A DNA stretch of 63,995 nucleotides, the filler included, from Hyphochytrium catenoides (lineage: Eukaryota > Protista > Hyphochytriomycota): assembly GCA_900088475.1 (NCBI GenBank). It is 6 parts of 6 records of this genome, joined end to end, with 100 filler letters (N's around TTAATTAATTAA, not from the genome) between each part and the next. Parts side by side here need not be neighbours in the genome. Positions count along the whole stretch, not along the records: positions 47,256 to 59,048 come from FLMG01001234.1; positions 59,149 to 62,647 come from FLMG01001121.1; 4 more parts are not named here. One strand, written 5' to 3'. Made by a program: the position numbers and the translations under genes. Below the pieces are notes generated by a model. It saw nothing but the letters and a program-made list of their open reading frames with translations. It was not told where the DNA came from and did not search any database. Position 1 is the stretch's first letter. Each line of letters opens with the position of its first letter. This document shows positions 49,317-62,647 of this stretch, piece by piece.

Positions 49317-50260
49317 AAGAGAGAGCAAGAGAGAGAGAAAGAAGTATTCTTCAATAAAATAGGTAGACAAAGGGAGAGAAGAGAAGAGAGTGGCGGGGGG
49401 CAGCGATAGAGAAGTGAGAAGAAAGGCATAAAGACGATGAGAGAGAGGGGGAGAGAAAGAGAAGAAGAGAGACCTCTCCTGTTCTCTAACTGTTTCTTGA
49501 AGTGAAGATGACAATTCACGTCAATGATCAAGAGAGAAACGATGCATAGTACTACTATCGCCAGGGGGACAAGAAGCGGGAAACCAAGAAAGGAGAAAAA
49601 AAAATGAACGAGAGAGAGAGAGAGAGAGAGAGAGATGTTGATTAGGAGAAGAAGATAATAGATAGAAAGAAAGAGAAAAAAGATGATATATGGGAGAGAA
49701 GAAGAGGAGAACGCAAAGGAAGAGGAAGAGAGGCGAGAGGAAAGAAAAGTAGCCCTAAGCTGTCGTCATCTCTTCCGTGACGACCACATCTTCTGCTGAC
49801 CGCGCGGCGGCGGCGGCAGAGGCCAGAAAAAGCGAGAGAGGGAAAAGATAAGAAAGAGACACCGAAATAATGTAGCGCTTAGTAGGTACGTGTCTCATGT
49901 TGAATGCTGCTTGGAGAGAGAGAGAGAGAGAGGCTGAGAGAGAGAGACGAATAAGAGAGAACTGAATTTCCCACTTTCTCAAGCTCCTCGCCTTGCAAAG
50001 AGTAGGCTCACCTCTCTGACGTCATTGAGACTCAGAACTTAACAGAAGTGAAGGAAGCCCGCAATGTCTCTCTTTTACCTCTAGTCTCTTCTTTCTCTCT
50101 CTCTCTCTCTCTCTCTCCCTCTCTCTCTCGTCTGATAACTTTTTTATTCTTTTTTGCAAAGAAGACTGCTGTTTAGTGACATCATCACATTTCTCTGCAT
50201 AAGAAATCTGAATCCTGCTGTATCTTTCTTCTCTTCTTCTGCGTCCTGGCTGCCTTCTGA

Positions 50261-50291
<31 letters not shown>

Positions 50292-50570
50292 TGTAAACTA
50301 GTAGTGCTCGACTTCCCTCTTCCCTGCTTCCTCTTCTCTCTCCCTCTAACTTCTTCTCCATCTCTTTTTAGCCTCTCTTGTGCTGGTGCCCCGCGTGGTA
50401 CAAAGGTAAGAGAGACGAATGCACGTGACGATGAACGGAAAGGAGGATGTTAATATGATATCATCATGATCCAAAGCGGCTGATGAGACGGAAACCGTGG
50501 AGCCAGAGCTGAAGAGGAGAAAGAAGAGTGAGAGAGAAAGAGAGAGAAGAAAAAAAGAGAGCCAGAGCGA

Positions 50571-50611
<41 letters not shown>

Positions 50612-51014
50612 GCGATGATAAACGTTTTCCAATTTTTGGATCCTGGAGACAGGCTGTCACGTTAGCACATAGGAAGGTGGATGATGAGGTCCAATTAGCA
50701 GATGGATTATAGAGTTCCTTTACAGATTGACCGGAAGAGAAAAGACGCGACCCTTTGCTGGCTTCTTCTTTTTTCTCTCTCTCTCTCTTTCTCTCTTTCT
50801 CTCTTCTTGTGTCTCCATTTGTCTCTTCTTCTTGTTCACGATCTCAACGGCCTCGTGTTGGCCAAAACATGGACTACTACGCGCGGTGGAGAAGGAACAA
50901 TCGTTTGCATGACAAAAGCAGAAAGAGAGAGCGTTAGAAAGGCTTTTCCTTCTCTCTCTTTCTTTATCCCTACATCTTTCCTGTTGGCTGCGGTTTCTCT
51001 TCTTTCCATTCATT

Positions 51015-51051
<37 letters not shown>

Positions 51052-51449
51052 CTCTCTCTCTTTGTTCAAAGATGAAGCGCGAGGCTTATGCACAAATCTC
51101 TGATAATAATAGAAGAAAGTTGTTGAGATGTTTATTACTCGCTGCACACTGAGCAGAAGAAGAGAGAGAAAGAAAGAGAGAGATTGACGATGAAGAGAGA
51201 AAGGAGAGAGAGAGAGAGAGAGAAAGGAATGAGGGATAAGTCAGACACGTGAGAGAGAGAGAGAGAAGAGGAGGAGAAGAGAGAGGAAGAAGAGAGAGAC
51301 CAAAGAGAGATTGACGCGCCAGTCAAGCTGATAGAAGCAAAAGATCAGAGGATAGCTCTGTGCGTCACTAACCTTCACAAAGGAGCCTCCTCCGTCTGAC
51401 ACGGCCAAGGCTGACATTTGAGTAACAAGGAGAAAGAGGAAAGAAAGAA

Positions 51450-51491
<42 letters not shown>

Positions 51492-52913
51492 GGAGTTAAG
51501 AAGAGCTAGTAGTGACTTCGCTATCCTTCTTTCCACTGCCAGGACGAGTCAAAGCTCTAGGTAGGATAAAGAAAAAGTGGTGTGTGAGAGAGAGAGAACG
51601 AGAGATGGGGAAAGAGAGAGAGAGAGAGAAAGAGAGAAAGAAAGAGAGCAGGTAGAGTTTCATCAGCGCAGCTACCTGCGCGACAAGGCGGTTGGCTAGG
51701 TGGACAGGCACGCGCGCGGCCCATAAAATGTGGCGAAGCACGGCACTTTGTCTGCACCTTCGGTACAAAGACGTAAAGAGAGAGAGAGAAAAAGAGAAAG
51801 TAAGAGAGAGACACGTCTTCCTAGTTCCTATCCTTGGTTGACACATGAATGGAGAAGAGAGAGAGAGAGAGAGAGCGTAGTTGGCGGCCAGGTGCGCGCT
51901 GCAACGCTGCGGCCTGGCATCACGAGATTCTTTTCTGGTGGCGTTGCAGCGGAGAGGAACATGTAAGCAAACTCTCTCTCTCTTTTCTCTCTCTCTCTCT
52001 CTCTCTCCCTCTTCTGCCGTCTTCCCAAGCGTTTGCTCCAAATCCTATCTTTTGATGAATTGATGCTGTCCAACCTGCGAGGAATTGCTTACAAATGACG
52101 GTGATACAAAAGAGATATCTAGAAGAGAGAGATAGGCTTCACTATCCAGTGTCTCTGTCTCTCTCTCTCTCTCTTCTGCATCCTAGAAGTTGTTGCTGCA
52201 TGTGACGTGAGCAGAGAGACAGAAAAGAATCCTTCTGGGAAGTGAGATCGAAGGTCCAATGGCAACTGTCTCGAGGGGCGAAGTGGTTGGCACAGAAGAG
52301 AGAGAGAGAGAGAATGACCGCGACAGCCAGGAGAGAGACACAAAAGCCTCTCCTTCTCTCTCTCTCTCTCTTGCCGTTCCACATTGATGGTCCCAGGATT
52401 TCCTGGTACACTTGAAGGCCAAAGCAACGGCAGCAAAGAGACCAATAGTGTCACCACGTGCGACTATCTAACAGTAAGGTCTCTCTCTCTCTCCCTCTTA
52501 CTCTCTTTCCCTCTTTCTCTTCCCTCTCTCTCTCTCTCTCTCTCTCCTCTCTCTCCTCCCCCCACAACGCCGATCGCTTCCGCGTGGCATGTGCCATGAC
52601 GTCCGGTGCTCTCCTCATATCTGCTGTGGGGTCAGCTCTGTTTCTTAAACCATTTGCCTTCCTTCTGCACTGGCCATGTCTCTCTCTTCTCTCGCTCTCT
52701 CAATCTCTCTCTCTCTCTCTCTCCGTCTCTCTTTATCTCTCTCTCTGCCTTTCCCTCTTTCCTCTTCTAATCTCCGGCCATGCGAGCCGTTGCTTGGAAT
52801 AGAACTTGGAACTTTGCTGGGGAGGTGAAGAAGGAGAGAGAGAGAAGCACCTGGCAGATGGTCTCTGGGATCCTCTCGTGCAGAGACTTCAACTGAAAGA
52901 TCTTTGCTATTGA

Positions 52914-52949
<36 letters not shown>

Positions 52950-54272
52950 ATCTCCTCTGTCCTTCCCCTTTCTCGTCCAGCAGGGCATTGGATTTCATGG
53001 GCTATGCGTGTACCTCGGGAGATTGTGTCTCTCTCTTCTTTGTCCTCTCTCTCTCTCTCTCTCTCTNNNNNNNNNNNNNNNNNNNNNNNNNNNNNNNNNN
53101 NNNNNNNNNNNNNNNNGTCACTGTCGTTTATCCTGCTTTTTGTACTGGCATCTCTGTTACTGTTTCTCTGTCTTTCTCAGGTTTTCCATCCACATTCTTA
53201 CTACACCCTTCACTCCATCTCTCTCTCTTTCTCTCTCTCTTTCTTTTTCTCTCTCTTCTCCCCTCTTTACTTTCTATGAACTCTATCTCTTTTGTTTTTC
53301 CTTCTCTGTCTCTCTGTCTTTTCCTTCTCTGTCTCTCACTTTCTCTGTCTTCCCCTAGTTGTTTTCCCACTGCCGAATCCACCCTATCTTTCTACCTCTT
53401 ACACTCTCTCTCTCTCTCTCTTTCTCTTTCTCTCTCTCTCTTCTCTCTCTCTGTCTGCCTACACTGCCTGGCAACAACCCCCAAAACAAGGTCCAAAGGT
53501 TCTCTTGGGAGGTCCCGAATGTCCCTTCGTCACACGAATTTGTTCAGCACATAAGAGGTGGCCCTCTGAATGGGGGTTATATTTAGAATCCAGAGAGGAC
53601 TTTCCGTTAGGAAGGGTCCATTGCGGTTGGTAGATTCAGAATATTCTGCCTCGCATCCAGCTGACGCTAGTTTTTGGGGTTCTGGTGGTGGCTGAGCGTT
53701 GGACATTTGCAGGTCTTTCTATGCACCTGTGTCTCTCTCTCTTCTTTCTTTCCCTGTTTATTTCTCTGGCTCGCAGTGACTCTGTCTCGGGCCACGATTG
53801 CTCTATTGCCTTATGTTTATTGTGAAACTTGTCACTTCCATCTCCCTTCTCTCTATTTTTAGCTTCGTTTCTGTCCTTATGTCAGCTTTTCAAAGACTAG
53901 CAGGAAGAGGTTGAAGCAAGACAGGCGAATAAATAAGGACACCTAACATCTCTCTTACTCTGTCTTATTATTTTAAGTATAAATAAAATCTACAGACTGA
54001 GGTAGAATGCATCTCCGTCTGATCTGACTTGAACCTATTTCTCGTTTTGCTGTATCTACACTCTAGGTAATATATGTATAGCTGGACGGTTATATTCGGG
54101 TACTGGTTTTTATCGCATTTGAAAAGAATCTATATGATCGAGTAGCTTTTGCCCCTCACAGCTAAATTCGGTTGAATTGGTGGTGATGTACCCCCCGAAA
54201 GCGACGAAGTAGGGTCTACTGGTTCAAGGTGCAGGTGTAGAGACAGCGGAAGGGGGCGCTAATGTACTGCCT

Positions 54273-54355
<83 letters not shown>

Positions 54356-55307
54356 TTCTCTCTCTTTTCTGTCCAGTGGCTGCGCTGTCTTGTACTCAGC
54401 TCTGTCTCACCTTTGTCGGCCTGAACGTGCCAGCAGACAGAAGAGAAGGGGCAAAAGGGACGCAGCGGCGATTGAGTGGAAGTAGAAGATTCAAGAAAAG
54501 ACAGCTGTTTGAGTGGTCCGTCGGCTTCGTCCCTCTCTCTTCTCCGCATTGGCTTGCCTGTCCATCCTCTTGCTCTCTCTCTCCCTCTCTCTCTCTNNNN
54601 NNNNNNNNNNNNNNNNNNNNNNNNNTTACACATCTCTCTTATGCTCACCTCTTTTATACCCCTCATTCTGCTCGTCACCGCTGCCCGAATGGCGGGTCTA
54701 AGAGATATCTGGAAAAGGCAAAACAGCACCTGAGGAGTCTCTTTCTCTCTCTCTCTCCCTCTCTCTCTCTGTGCTTCTCTCTCTCTCTCTCTTTCCCTCC
54801 CAATATTGAAGGTTGTCCTCAGGTGACTAGCTATCGGCACTCTATTTCCTAGAAATGCTGCCAATCGGGGCGATGACATAAGCTTGGAAGAGAGAGAAAG
54901 AGAGAGAGCAGAAATCATATCTTCACTGAAAAGAAAGAGGATAACAGCAGGATACTTATTGTCCTTCCCTGCCCTCCTCGACAGGCAGCTGCGTCTCTTT
55001 CCCAGCTCTCTTGGACTCGTTTTTGGCTCTTTGGGGATTGGTCAGGCCACATGCCCCGCCATCTTTCTCTCTCCCAGATTGTTTGTACACGAAGAGAGAG
55101 AGAGACAAAAAGAGAGAGAGAGAGAGATGACTGGATTCGGTGCTGCTGACGTTGTGTCTCTCTCTCCCTTTTATAAACAATCTGTGCTGTGACTGCCTGT
55201 TGCCCTCTGCTGGATCTCTCTCTGTCTCTGTCTCTCCTCTTTCCTGGTCGCTTGCGTGCGTTTAGCGTCCGCATAGATCTTTCTTTGTCAGTTACCTTAA
55301 CCGGCAT

Positions 55308-55343
<36 letters not shown>

Positions 55344-56001
55344 CTCTAGTGACTTCTCTGCTGTCTCTGTCTCACCTGTTTCCACTACTCTTTTTTCACT
55401 TGTCCCTTGACGCTGGAGGATACTTCTAGATCACATGCCTCTCCCTGTCTCTCCCTGTCTCTCTCTCTCTGTGTCCAATCTCTCTCCACTCGTGACAGCC
55501 AAAAGACACTGCTGGTGGCTCCATCTCTCCCCATGCGTTACAAAGGACAACGCAGGAGAGAGAGGAGAGGGGAAAGAGACATTCTGAAAGAGAGAAGAGA
55601 GAGAGAGAGAGTGCCAGAGACAGGAAGAGACAAGGCTCTGGGCTGCGTCTCTTTTCCCAGCTGTGGAAGTTTCACTTTCAAATCTCCCACGCGCCGATCA
55701 AGTGGATTCCCATTATCTGCCCAAGAAAGAAGAGAGCCGCCCGGCCGCTGGCACCAAGCAAGAAAGAAAGAGCTTTTCTCTCTCTCTCAAATTTTGTCAT
55801 CCATCTGTCAACGAAACAAAAGAAAGAGAAAAGCCAATTTTGTCTCTCTTTCTCTCTCTCTCTCTCTTCTCCTCAAGCCAACAACAACAACCAACAACAA
55901 AGAATCTGTCTTCTCTACAACCTCTCTTTCTCTCTCTCTCTCTCTCCTGGTGAAGACACTAGCAAACTAGCTGGAAAGAAGATAAAGAGAGAAGAGGAAA
56001 G

Positions 56002-57297
56002 ATGGCACAAGCAGTTCTTAGAAGCCCAGCCTTTCTCCAGTCTCTCTCTCCTGCTCTCTCTCCTTCTTTCTCTCTCCCTCCTAACAAGACCGCCGCAGAC
56101 ATTCTCTCCTCCCTTGTCATCCCGCATCCTCCCACCACCGCTACTTTCGTGAAGAAGCTATTCGATCTGGTAAATTCGGAACCTGATGATCTCGTATGCT
56201 GGGTGCAGAACGGGACGGCTTTCGAAATTAAAGACCCGAAAAGATTGGAAAAGACGGTCCTGCCGCGCTACTTTCGGCATTCCAAGTTCAAGAGCTTTGC
56301 CCGTCAGTTGTGCTTCTACTCCTTCAGGAATATTAGCCAGGGGAAGAGAAGCTGGATCTACAAGCATGATCTCTTCAGACAGGGACATCCGCAGCTTCTC
56401 GACCTGATGAGAAGAAGAACAGCAAGCGGAGCAAGCAAGCAACTTGCAGACTCTGTCGCGGCAAAGGCTCTGGCTGTCGTCAATGCCCAGCAGCAGCAGA
56501 GGGAACAAGCTGCAGAGAGAAGTCATGAGCTTAAGACGCCCGATCTCTCTCCTCAGCCCATCACAACCAAGCCTCTGGGCCTTACACTGAACACGGCAAT
56601 TGATCCAGCGCAGTTCCTCACTCCTTTCGCCTATACCACGCCCCGCACTGGCATGAAGAGGACCTTCCAAGACCTCTCTCTCCCTCTTGACATGGGACAG
56701 AAGAAGCTCAAGAGCCAGAACAGCTTCTCTTCTCTCCTTGCCGAGACAGACAGCACGGGAAAGAAGCTCTCTTCTACCTGGTCCGCAAAGAACCTCTTTG
56801 GTGCTCTTGCAGAGGAAGAGAAGAACAACGCCGAGCTTCTGATCAATCAGTCTATGTTCCAAGAAATTGCCAAGTATACGGATCTTCTCAATGATCCCGA
56901 AGTACACCAGCTGGATGTGAATGTAGATGTCTCTCTCGATGGTCTCAGCGCTGATGCCATCTTTAACGGCGACTATGACGATTATATGGAGATCCTTGCC
57001 GCGCCTTTTGAAGCCGCAGCAGAGGTTCCATCTGCTGCCAAGGTGGAGCAGCAGCCAGCAATGCAGGAACCTGCAGCAGTGAAGGTTGAAGTGCAGGAGG
57101 AGGTGTTAGTACAGAACTCTTCTCTCTCTTCTTCTTCCACGGCAGAGGAAGAGGAGAGAACCAGCCAAGATGGCGCTGATCCCTCTCCCGAAGCACAGGA
57201 AAATCCCTCAGCTCCGGAGGAAGGAGAAGAGGAGGAGGAGGAAGAAGTGTCAGCTCTTCCAGATGACATTGCCTCCTGGTTCGATGGCTCTCTCTAA
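56002..57297 (+). CDS. HSF-type DNA-binding transcription factor
   Basis: TFVKKLFDLVN..LVCWVQNGTAFEIKDP..VLPRYFRHSKFKSFARQLCFYSFR..YKHDLFRQGHPQLLDLMRRR. Acidic C-terminus ending DDIASWFDGSL. Confidence 0.93.
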   Translation: MAQAVLRSPAFLQSLSPALSPSFSLPPNKTAADILSSLVIPHPPTTATFVKKLFDLVNSEPDDLVCWVQNGTAFEIKDPKRLEKTVLPRYFRHSKFKSFARQLCFYSFRNISQGKRSWIYKHDLFRQGHPQLLDLMRRRTASGASKQLADSVAAKALAVVNAQQQQREQAAERSHELKTPDLSPQPITTKPLGLTLNTAIDPAQFLTPFAYTTPRTGMKRTFQDLSLPLDMGQKKLKSQNSFSSLLAETDSTGKKLSSTWSAKNLFGALAEEEKNNAELLINQSMFQEIAKYTDLLNDPEVHQLDVNVDVSLDGLSADAIFNGDYDDYMEILAAPFEAAAEVPSAAKVEQQPAMQEPAAVKVEVQEEVLVQNSSLSSSSTAEEEERTSQDGADPSPEAQENPSAPEEGEEEEEEEVSALPDDIASWFDGSL

Positions 57298-58640
57298 GGA
57301 AAGAAAAAGTTAACCTCCTATCATCATCTCAAGGTTAAGAGAGAGTTTAACTGCCATGCAGTTGCTTTCACTCTCTCTCTCTTTCTCCTCATTGCAAATG
57401 GCGCAAGAGAATGCCTGCAATTTGCAGAAAGAGACAACGGATATCTAGCGCCATCGGCTCCTTGCACTACCGCCCTTAACGACTTATCTCGATGTTATGG
57501 ATAGGAAGCTCGCCAGTGAGACCAGGCTGTTTCTCTTTTGAAGAAGAGAAGAATAAAGAGAGGGACATAGGCGTTTCCTTCTCTCTTCTCTTTCCCACAA
57601 CCATCCGCACAGCTCTCGCTTATCTCTGAAGGAAGCAACGTCTTCCCTGGCGCTCTTTCGCGCTGTTTTGCCTTGCCGTCTTTATATCGTCTCCATATAG
57701 TTTTGTCGACGGTTAATAATCATAATAAGCTGTTGAGGATCGTCTCTCTCTCAGGAGAGAGTAGACTCATCAGCGTTTTGAATGAACTATTATCTTCCAT
57801 TGCTTTCTTAGACTTTCTACGTGCTAGTGATGAGGATTGTATCTCTTTAGAGTGAGAGAAAGAAATTTGCTAAGATTTCTTTCTCCATTCTTCGCCGACA
57901 ATGCAGTGAGACAGACGCAGCTGTAGAGTCATTAGATACTAAGAGAGACAGTTGAACCATGAGTTAATTGCCCGAGACTCAACGATTCTTTGCGCTAGAG
58001 GCTGGGGAAAGTTCATTGCTCTTTTCTCCGAGCAGGTAATAGTAGTAAACGTCTCATTGGGTGCGGAGAATGGCTGTACCAAGAGACAAGGGAACGAGTA
58101 TCTCAAAGACTGGCATCATTCATGCACTGATCTGCATCTTCCTGCCGCAGACAGATTTTCCATAGTAGTACTACTACCCTGCGAGGTTGATGATTGATCT
58201 CTTCCTCTTTCGCTCTTCTCAAAGGGAGACAACAGTTCTGCAGAAACTCCTAGCCGTGTGGTGCTTGTGGACGGCTCTACACTATGGCTGAATAATAATC
58301 CCAGTCCTCTGCTCGACTGTTTTACCCTTACCTGTCATCATCTATCCGGATCCAAGAGTATAGCCAAGCATTTAGCACGTCATCCAAACAACCGTCAGCT
58401 TTCTCTTCCTGCTGCAGAGAACCTATTGGCGAGATAATAATAATATATTATACCGACCGCTGCTGTTGTTGACGAAGACTACTCTTCTCCTTACGATCGA
58501 TCTGTGGAGATAATCCTGGAACTCTTCTGATTGTTCTCCTCCCAGTGTCGGCAGCGGCGGCGGCGTTCCGGAGAATTCAGCGGTGGACTTCTGCTCCGTT
58601 CCTTCCTACTAACACTGTCTGCTCGTATATCCTACTATGT

Positions 58641-58712
58641 CAAATCTCCATAATAGATTTTCAAAACTTCATAATAAATCTTCAAAACTCCACAATAATA
58701 AATCTTCAAGAT
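58641..58712. repeat. About 21-nt AT-rich tandem repeat, 3 copies (CAAAACTTCATAATAAATCTT)
   Basis: Direct reading. Confidence 0.75.
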
Positions 58713-59048
58713 CTTCCTCTGCAGACATTTTCTGTGTGGAGACTGTTGAGAAGCTTTATTTTTCATATAAAGTTCAATTGTTTTTGATAAATAAAGGTGG
58801 GTTTGGAGTGGCCCAGATACCGTACGAGTAGGAATACCGTAGGGCGAGAAATACTTTTTATGCTCCTCTCTCATAAACAATTAAACCTTTTTATTCTTAT
58901 TCAGTATTTATTCCTCTTTATTGGAAAATTGCCAGTGCATATGTTTGCTGTCAATGTGACAGATTGCGTGATCTAAAGAAACATACTTGGTACCTTGATG
59001 ATGATGGCACCTTGATAGGACGCCATGCTTCTGTTCTTCAGGCCCTTA

Positions 59049-59148
59049 NNNNNNNNNNNNNNNNNNNNNNNNNNNNNNNNNNNNNNNNNNNNTTAATTAA
59101 TTAANNNNNNNNNNNNNNNNNNNNNNNNNNNNNNNNNNNNNNNNNNNN
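59049..59148. other. Artificial contig linker
   Basis: N44-TTAATTAATTAA-N44. Confidence 0.97.
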
Positions 59149-59831
59149 TGACTGACGACAACCTTCCAACTCTCACTTGGCTGCTGGCGCCCTACTTACT
59201 CTTCTCAAGCCAGAAGACAGACCGGGTCTATTCCGTAAGGAAGAGAGATGGGGGGAGAGAGGGAGAGAGAGACGAGATCTTGCTGTGGGCGATGGTGCAA
59301 TGGTGGATGAGACAAGGCCTGGAGACAGCCAAGTGATTGCGGCCACGAGCCACGGAAAGAGGTGAGAAGCTTGGAATGTGATGGCTTCTCTCTTCGCTTT
59401 CAGGCTCTCAAATCTCTCTAACGTGATCTCTCTCCTCTCACATTCCTATTTATCCCTTATCTTGAGTGTACAAAGAGTGTAGTAATACTACTCTGTCTCA
59501 CTGTAAAAATACTCTGTCTTCATGCCTCTCTCCTCTGTCTCGGTGCCTGCCCCATCTAGGAAGCTCGCTAATCAAGTGGAGGACCAATCCATCAATATGA
59601 CCAAAACGCTCCCAATCCGTCATTTTCCCATTTCGGTGATTTTGTTCTCCCACAGATGACAGCAAAGAGGAGATGCCGAAACTGTATTTTACTTCTCAGA
59701 ATCAGGTAATTTTCGGGTTGGTGCTTTAAGGGGACAAGCGAATCCCTGACAGCAGCATAAAACTCAAACGTCAGAACAATATGCATGTTTAAAGCTCTCT
59801 ATTGGCTTACTCTGAACAAGTGAAAGAAGAA

Positions 59832-60325
59832 AGAGCGCAAGAATATTTCTTGGGGATTCTTTGTTCTCTTCCATCTTCTCTCTTCATCATCATTACTATT
59901 TATTATCGTTCTTTATTCTAGCCAGTGCTATCATGTCCGCCACCAGTGACGATAAAGGTCGTCGCTCAGTCCCTTTCTTACTACTGCGCCCCCATATTAG
60001 TCTGCTTGGTCCCAATTATCAGTGCTTACTTCTTTATAATAAATTTTATAGTCCTTAGCTCTTTCTTTAATTTTATACCATCACCACCATCACCCCGCAG
60101 AGGACGACAGACAGAGCTCAAGAATATTACTTAGGAGATTCTTTGTTCTTCCATCTTCTCTCTTCATCATCATTATTTATTATCGTTCTTTCTTTTAGCC
60201 AGTGCTATCATGTCCCTTTCTTACTACTACGCGCCCACTATTATTAGTCTGCTTGGTCCCAATAATCAGTAAGTGCTTGCTTCTTATAGTCCTCAGCTCT
60301 TTCTTTATTTTAATATTATCACTTC
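59832..60325. repeat. Tandem direct duplication (units about 59832-60113 and 60114-60325)
   Basis: GAGC.CAAGAATATT..GATTCTTTGTTC..TAGCCAGTGCTATCATGTCC..AGTCTGCTTGGTCCCAA is present twice. Confidence 0.9.
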
Positions 60326-61758
60326 CATCCTCTCGCAGACGACGTGGCCCACGATGATGATGTTGAAGGCGGTGTCGATACTCGTTCTCTGCTTGATCCG
60401 CCCCCGTTCTTCTTGGTGATGAGGAGGCTCTCTTCCGCACCGGGTGAGTGATGATGTCTCCACTCTTCTCTGCTTGGTTCTTTCATTATAAGAAGTAATG
60501 TCGAGCTTCATAAGGCTGTTTGTAGTGAACAACAAATTACTGTTAGGATTAATCTACTTATTGCTTCTTCAGTCCTCTTCTGCTACTTGTCCTCACAGTA
60601 CTCCTGCTTGTTGCTATGATAGAGGACGAAACAATACCACCACTAGTTTGCTCTTTCCAATATCTGTCTTCCCTCTTCTTCCTTATGTATTATTTACTAT
60701 TGTCCATGTGGGCGAGGACATTCTTCTCTTAGTGATGTTAGACAGGTATCAATAAAGACTGCAAAAGGTAGAGAAGTAAGAGGAAGGATTATGAACGAAG
60801 CTCCCCTACTGGTGGTCGTAGTACAGTAGTAATAGTGTACATATAGTAGAAGCAGCAGCAGCAGGAACCACAAAGCTCTTAGTCTAAGAAGCTCCCTCCT
60901 TTCTCCTCTTCTAACAGAGGGAGATTAAGCGTTCAACAAGGAGTCACTCCCCTCATAGAAAAGTCCTTGCCGGAAGACTAAAACATAAAGTTATGTGCGG
61001 AGCAGCCGGCGGAAGTTTGCCAAGACCACCAAATACAGACTGCTAGAGCTAGTTTGCTCTTCTTGCTTGTTTTGATAGCCTTCTTCTTCAGTGTTGATGA
61101 GGTTTGCTCCTCGATCCTATTCTTGCTTTTTTGTTGGAGGGGGCATCCCGTCGCCACCTTAGGGTACCGCAGCAGCAAACAAAGAAGAACAAGAAGCGTG
61201 ACCTTTTGTGGTCTTCTCAGCAGACTTCTTCGGCCGCCCGGCCGCGCCGTCCTCAGGAATCTATATCTTGCACCATAATAAATGAAGATCAGGAGGTGAG
61301 AAGCAGCCGCCATCATCAACATTGATTCCTTAATGATTTCATGATGATGAACATCATGCTGCTGGCAATAATTTCTTTTCTTGTTTATAGTACTTTGGTG
61401 ATGGCAGCCGCAATAATTACCGCGCTCAACAACAACAACTAATAAATAATCAACAACATCACTCCTCTATCTGTAAGAGGAAGAAAAGCTAAGGCCAGGG
61501 CCTACCGTGGTTTGGTATGGAACATAAAGACTGTCTTAACCCTCTGTCTCACATACAACATCTAACATGTTCGTCGGCAGTTCAAAAAAGATGATCAACC
61601 GCCTGTCTGACACAGGGAGTTACTCACACAGGACGACACCCGTCACTTCCCCCAGGAGTAGACAGTTGTCTCCATACAGAAACTCTCAGTTGGAAAGCTT
61701 CTACAGTAAATGTTAGGCAATCGGCATTTCCTAGGCTTCATAATATCTCCACACACCG

Positions 61759-61985
61759 GATGAGTAATGAGTATGATGAGTGGGTTATGAGTGAGTATCG
61801 GGCTTTTCTGTGTACACGAGTAACTCATGTTCTATGAGTACTGGTTACTCATAGAGCCTCCCCTATGAGTATGAGTGCGTACAATGTACTCGTGAGTACT
61901 TTTAAGCCCTCCTATGAGTAGGCTATGAGTAAGATGAGGCGTAGGCCATGAGTAAAATAATAATGAGTAGGCTGGCTATGAGTAG
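61759..61985. repeat. Dispersed array of about 18 ATGAGTA/TACTCAT motifs in both orientations
   Basis: Direct count by eye. A few copies read CGAGTA/TACTCG. Confidence 0.85.
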
Positions 61986-62647
61986 CCTGATGATAAGTAA
62001 AGGATTAGATAATGACTGTTAAGTTAGTAAGCTGTTGAGGCGGCGGTCTTCTGAGAAGACAATGACGAAGGAAGGATGACTACAGTGCTGGCTGAGGGCA
62101 TAGTTCTAGTCGTAGAAGTTAGAGGAGAAGGGAAATCTGCAGCTAGTAGGGGCATTATTTATCGGTTGCTGCTGAAGAACGACGACGAGGAGGCGAGGGA
62201 GGACGCCAACAAGAAGGAAATGAAGACTACTGCTGGTTGTTACTTAACTTTTTCCTGTTCTTCGAAGATGCTCCTCGTCGGCTTTATTTCTTGTTATGGA
62301 GGGTGCAACCATCATTGAAGAACCAGAACTGCAGAAAGAAGAATAATCCGATCATCCACTCATGGAGTGGAAGAAGAGGAGAGGCATCATCAGGCACTAG
62401 GTGCGTCTTCTTCGTCTTCTCATAGTCTTCTTCTTCTTCGACGCTTCGCTCTCCTCCTTTCTCTCAGTCATCCTAACAAAATCATTGTTCCTCCTCCTAC
62501 TATGTACCTGTTGTTATATTCTCATGTCATGCCAGTCCCTTCCTTTCTTCCAAATTGGTGGCTCTTCTTCTTTAACTTCTTTTGTACATCCTGGGCATTC
62601 AAGGGCTAGTAGTGATTATAAGAATGATTATGATTCCCCTCCATTAC

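Noticed and set aside
53476-53681. MITE with AACCCC(C)AAAAC terminal inverted repeats
   Set aside because: The inverted match is short, imperfect and low-complexity, with no target-site duplication.
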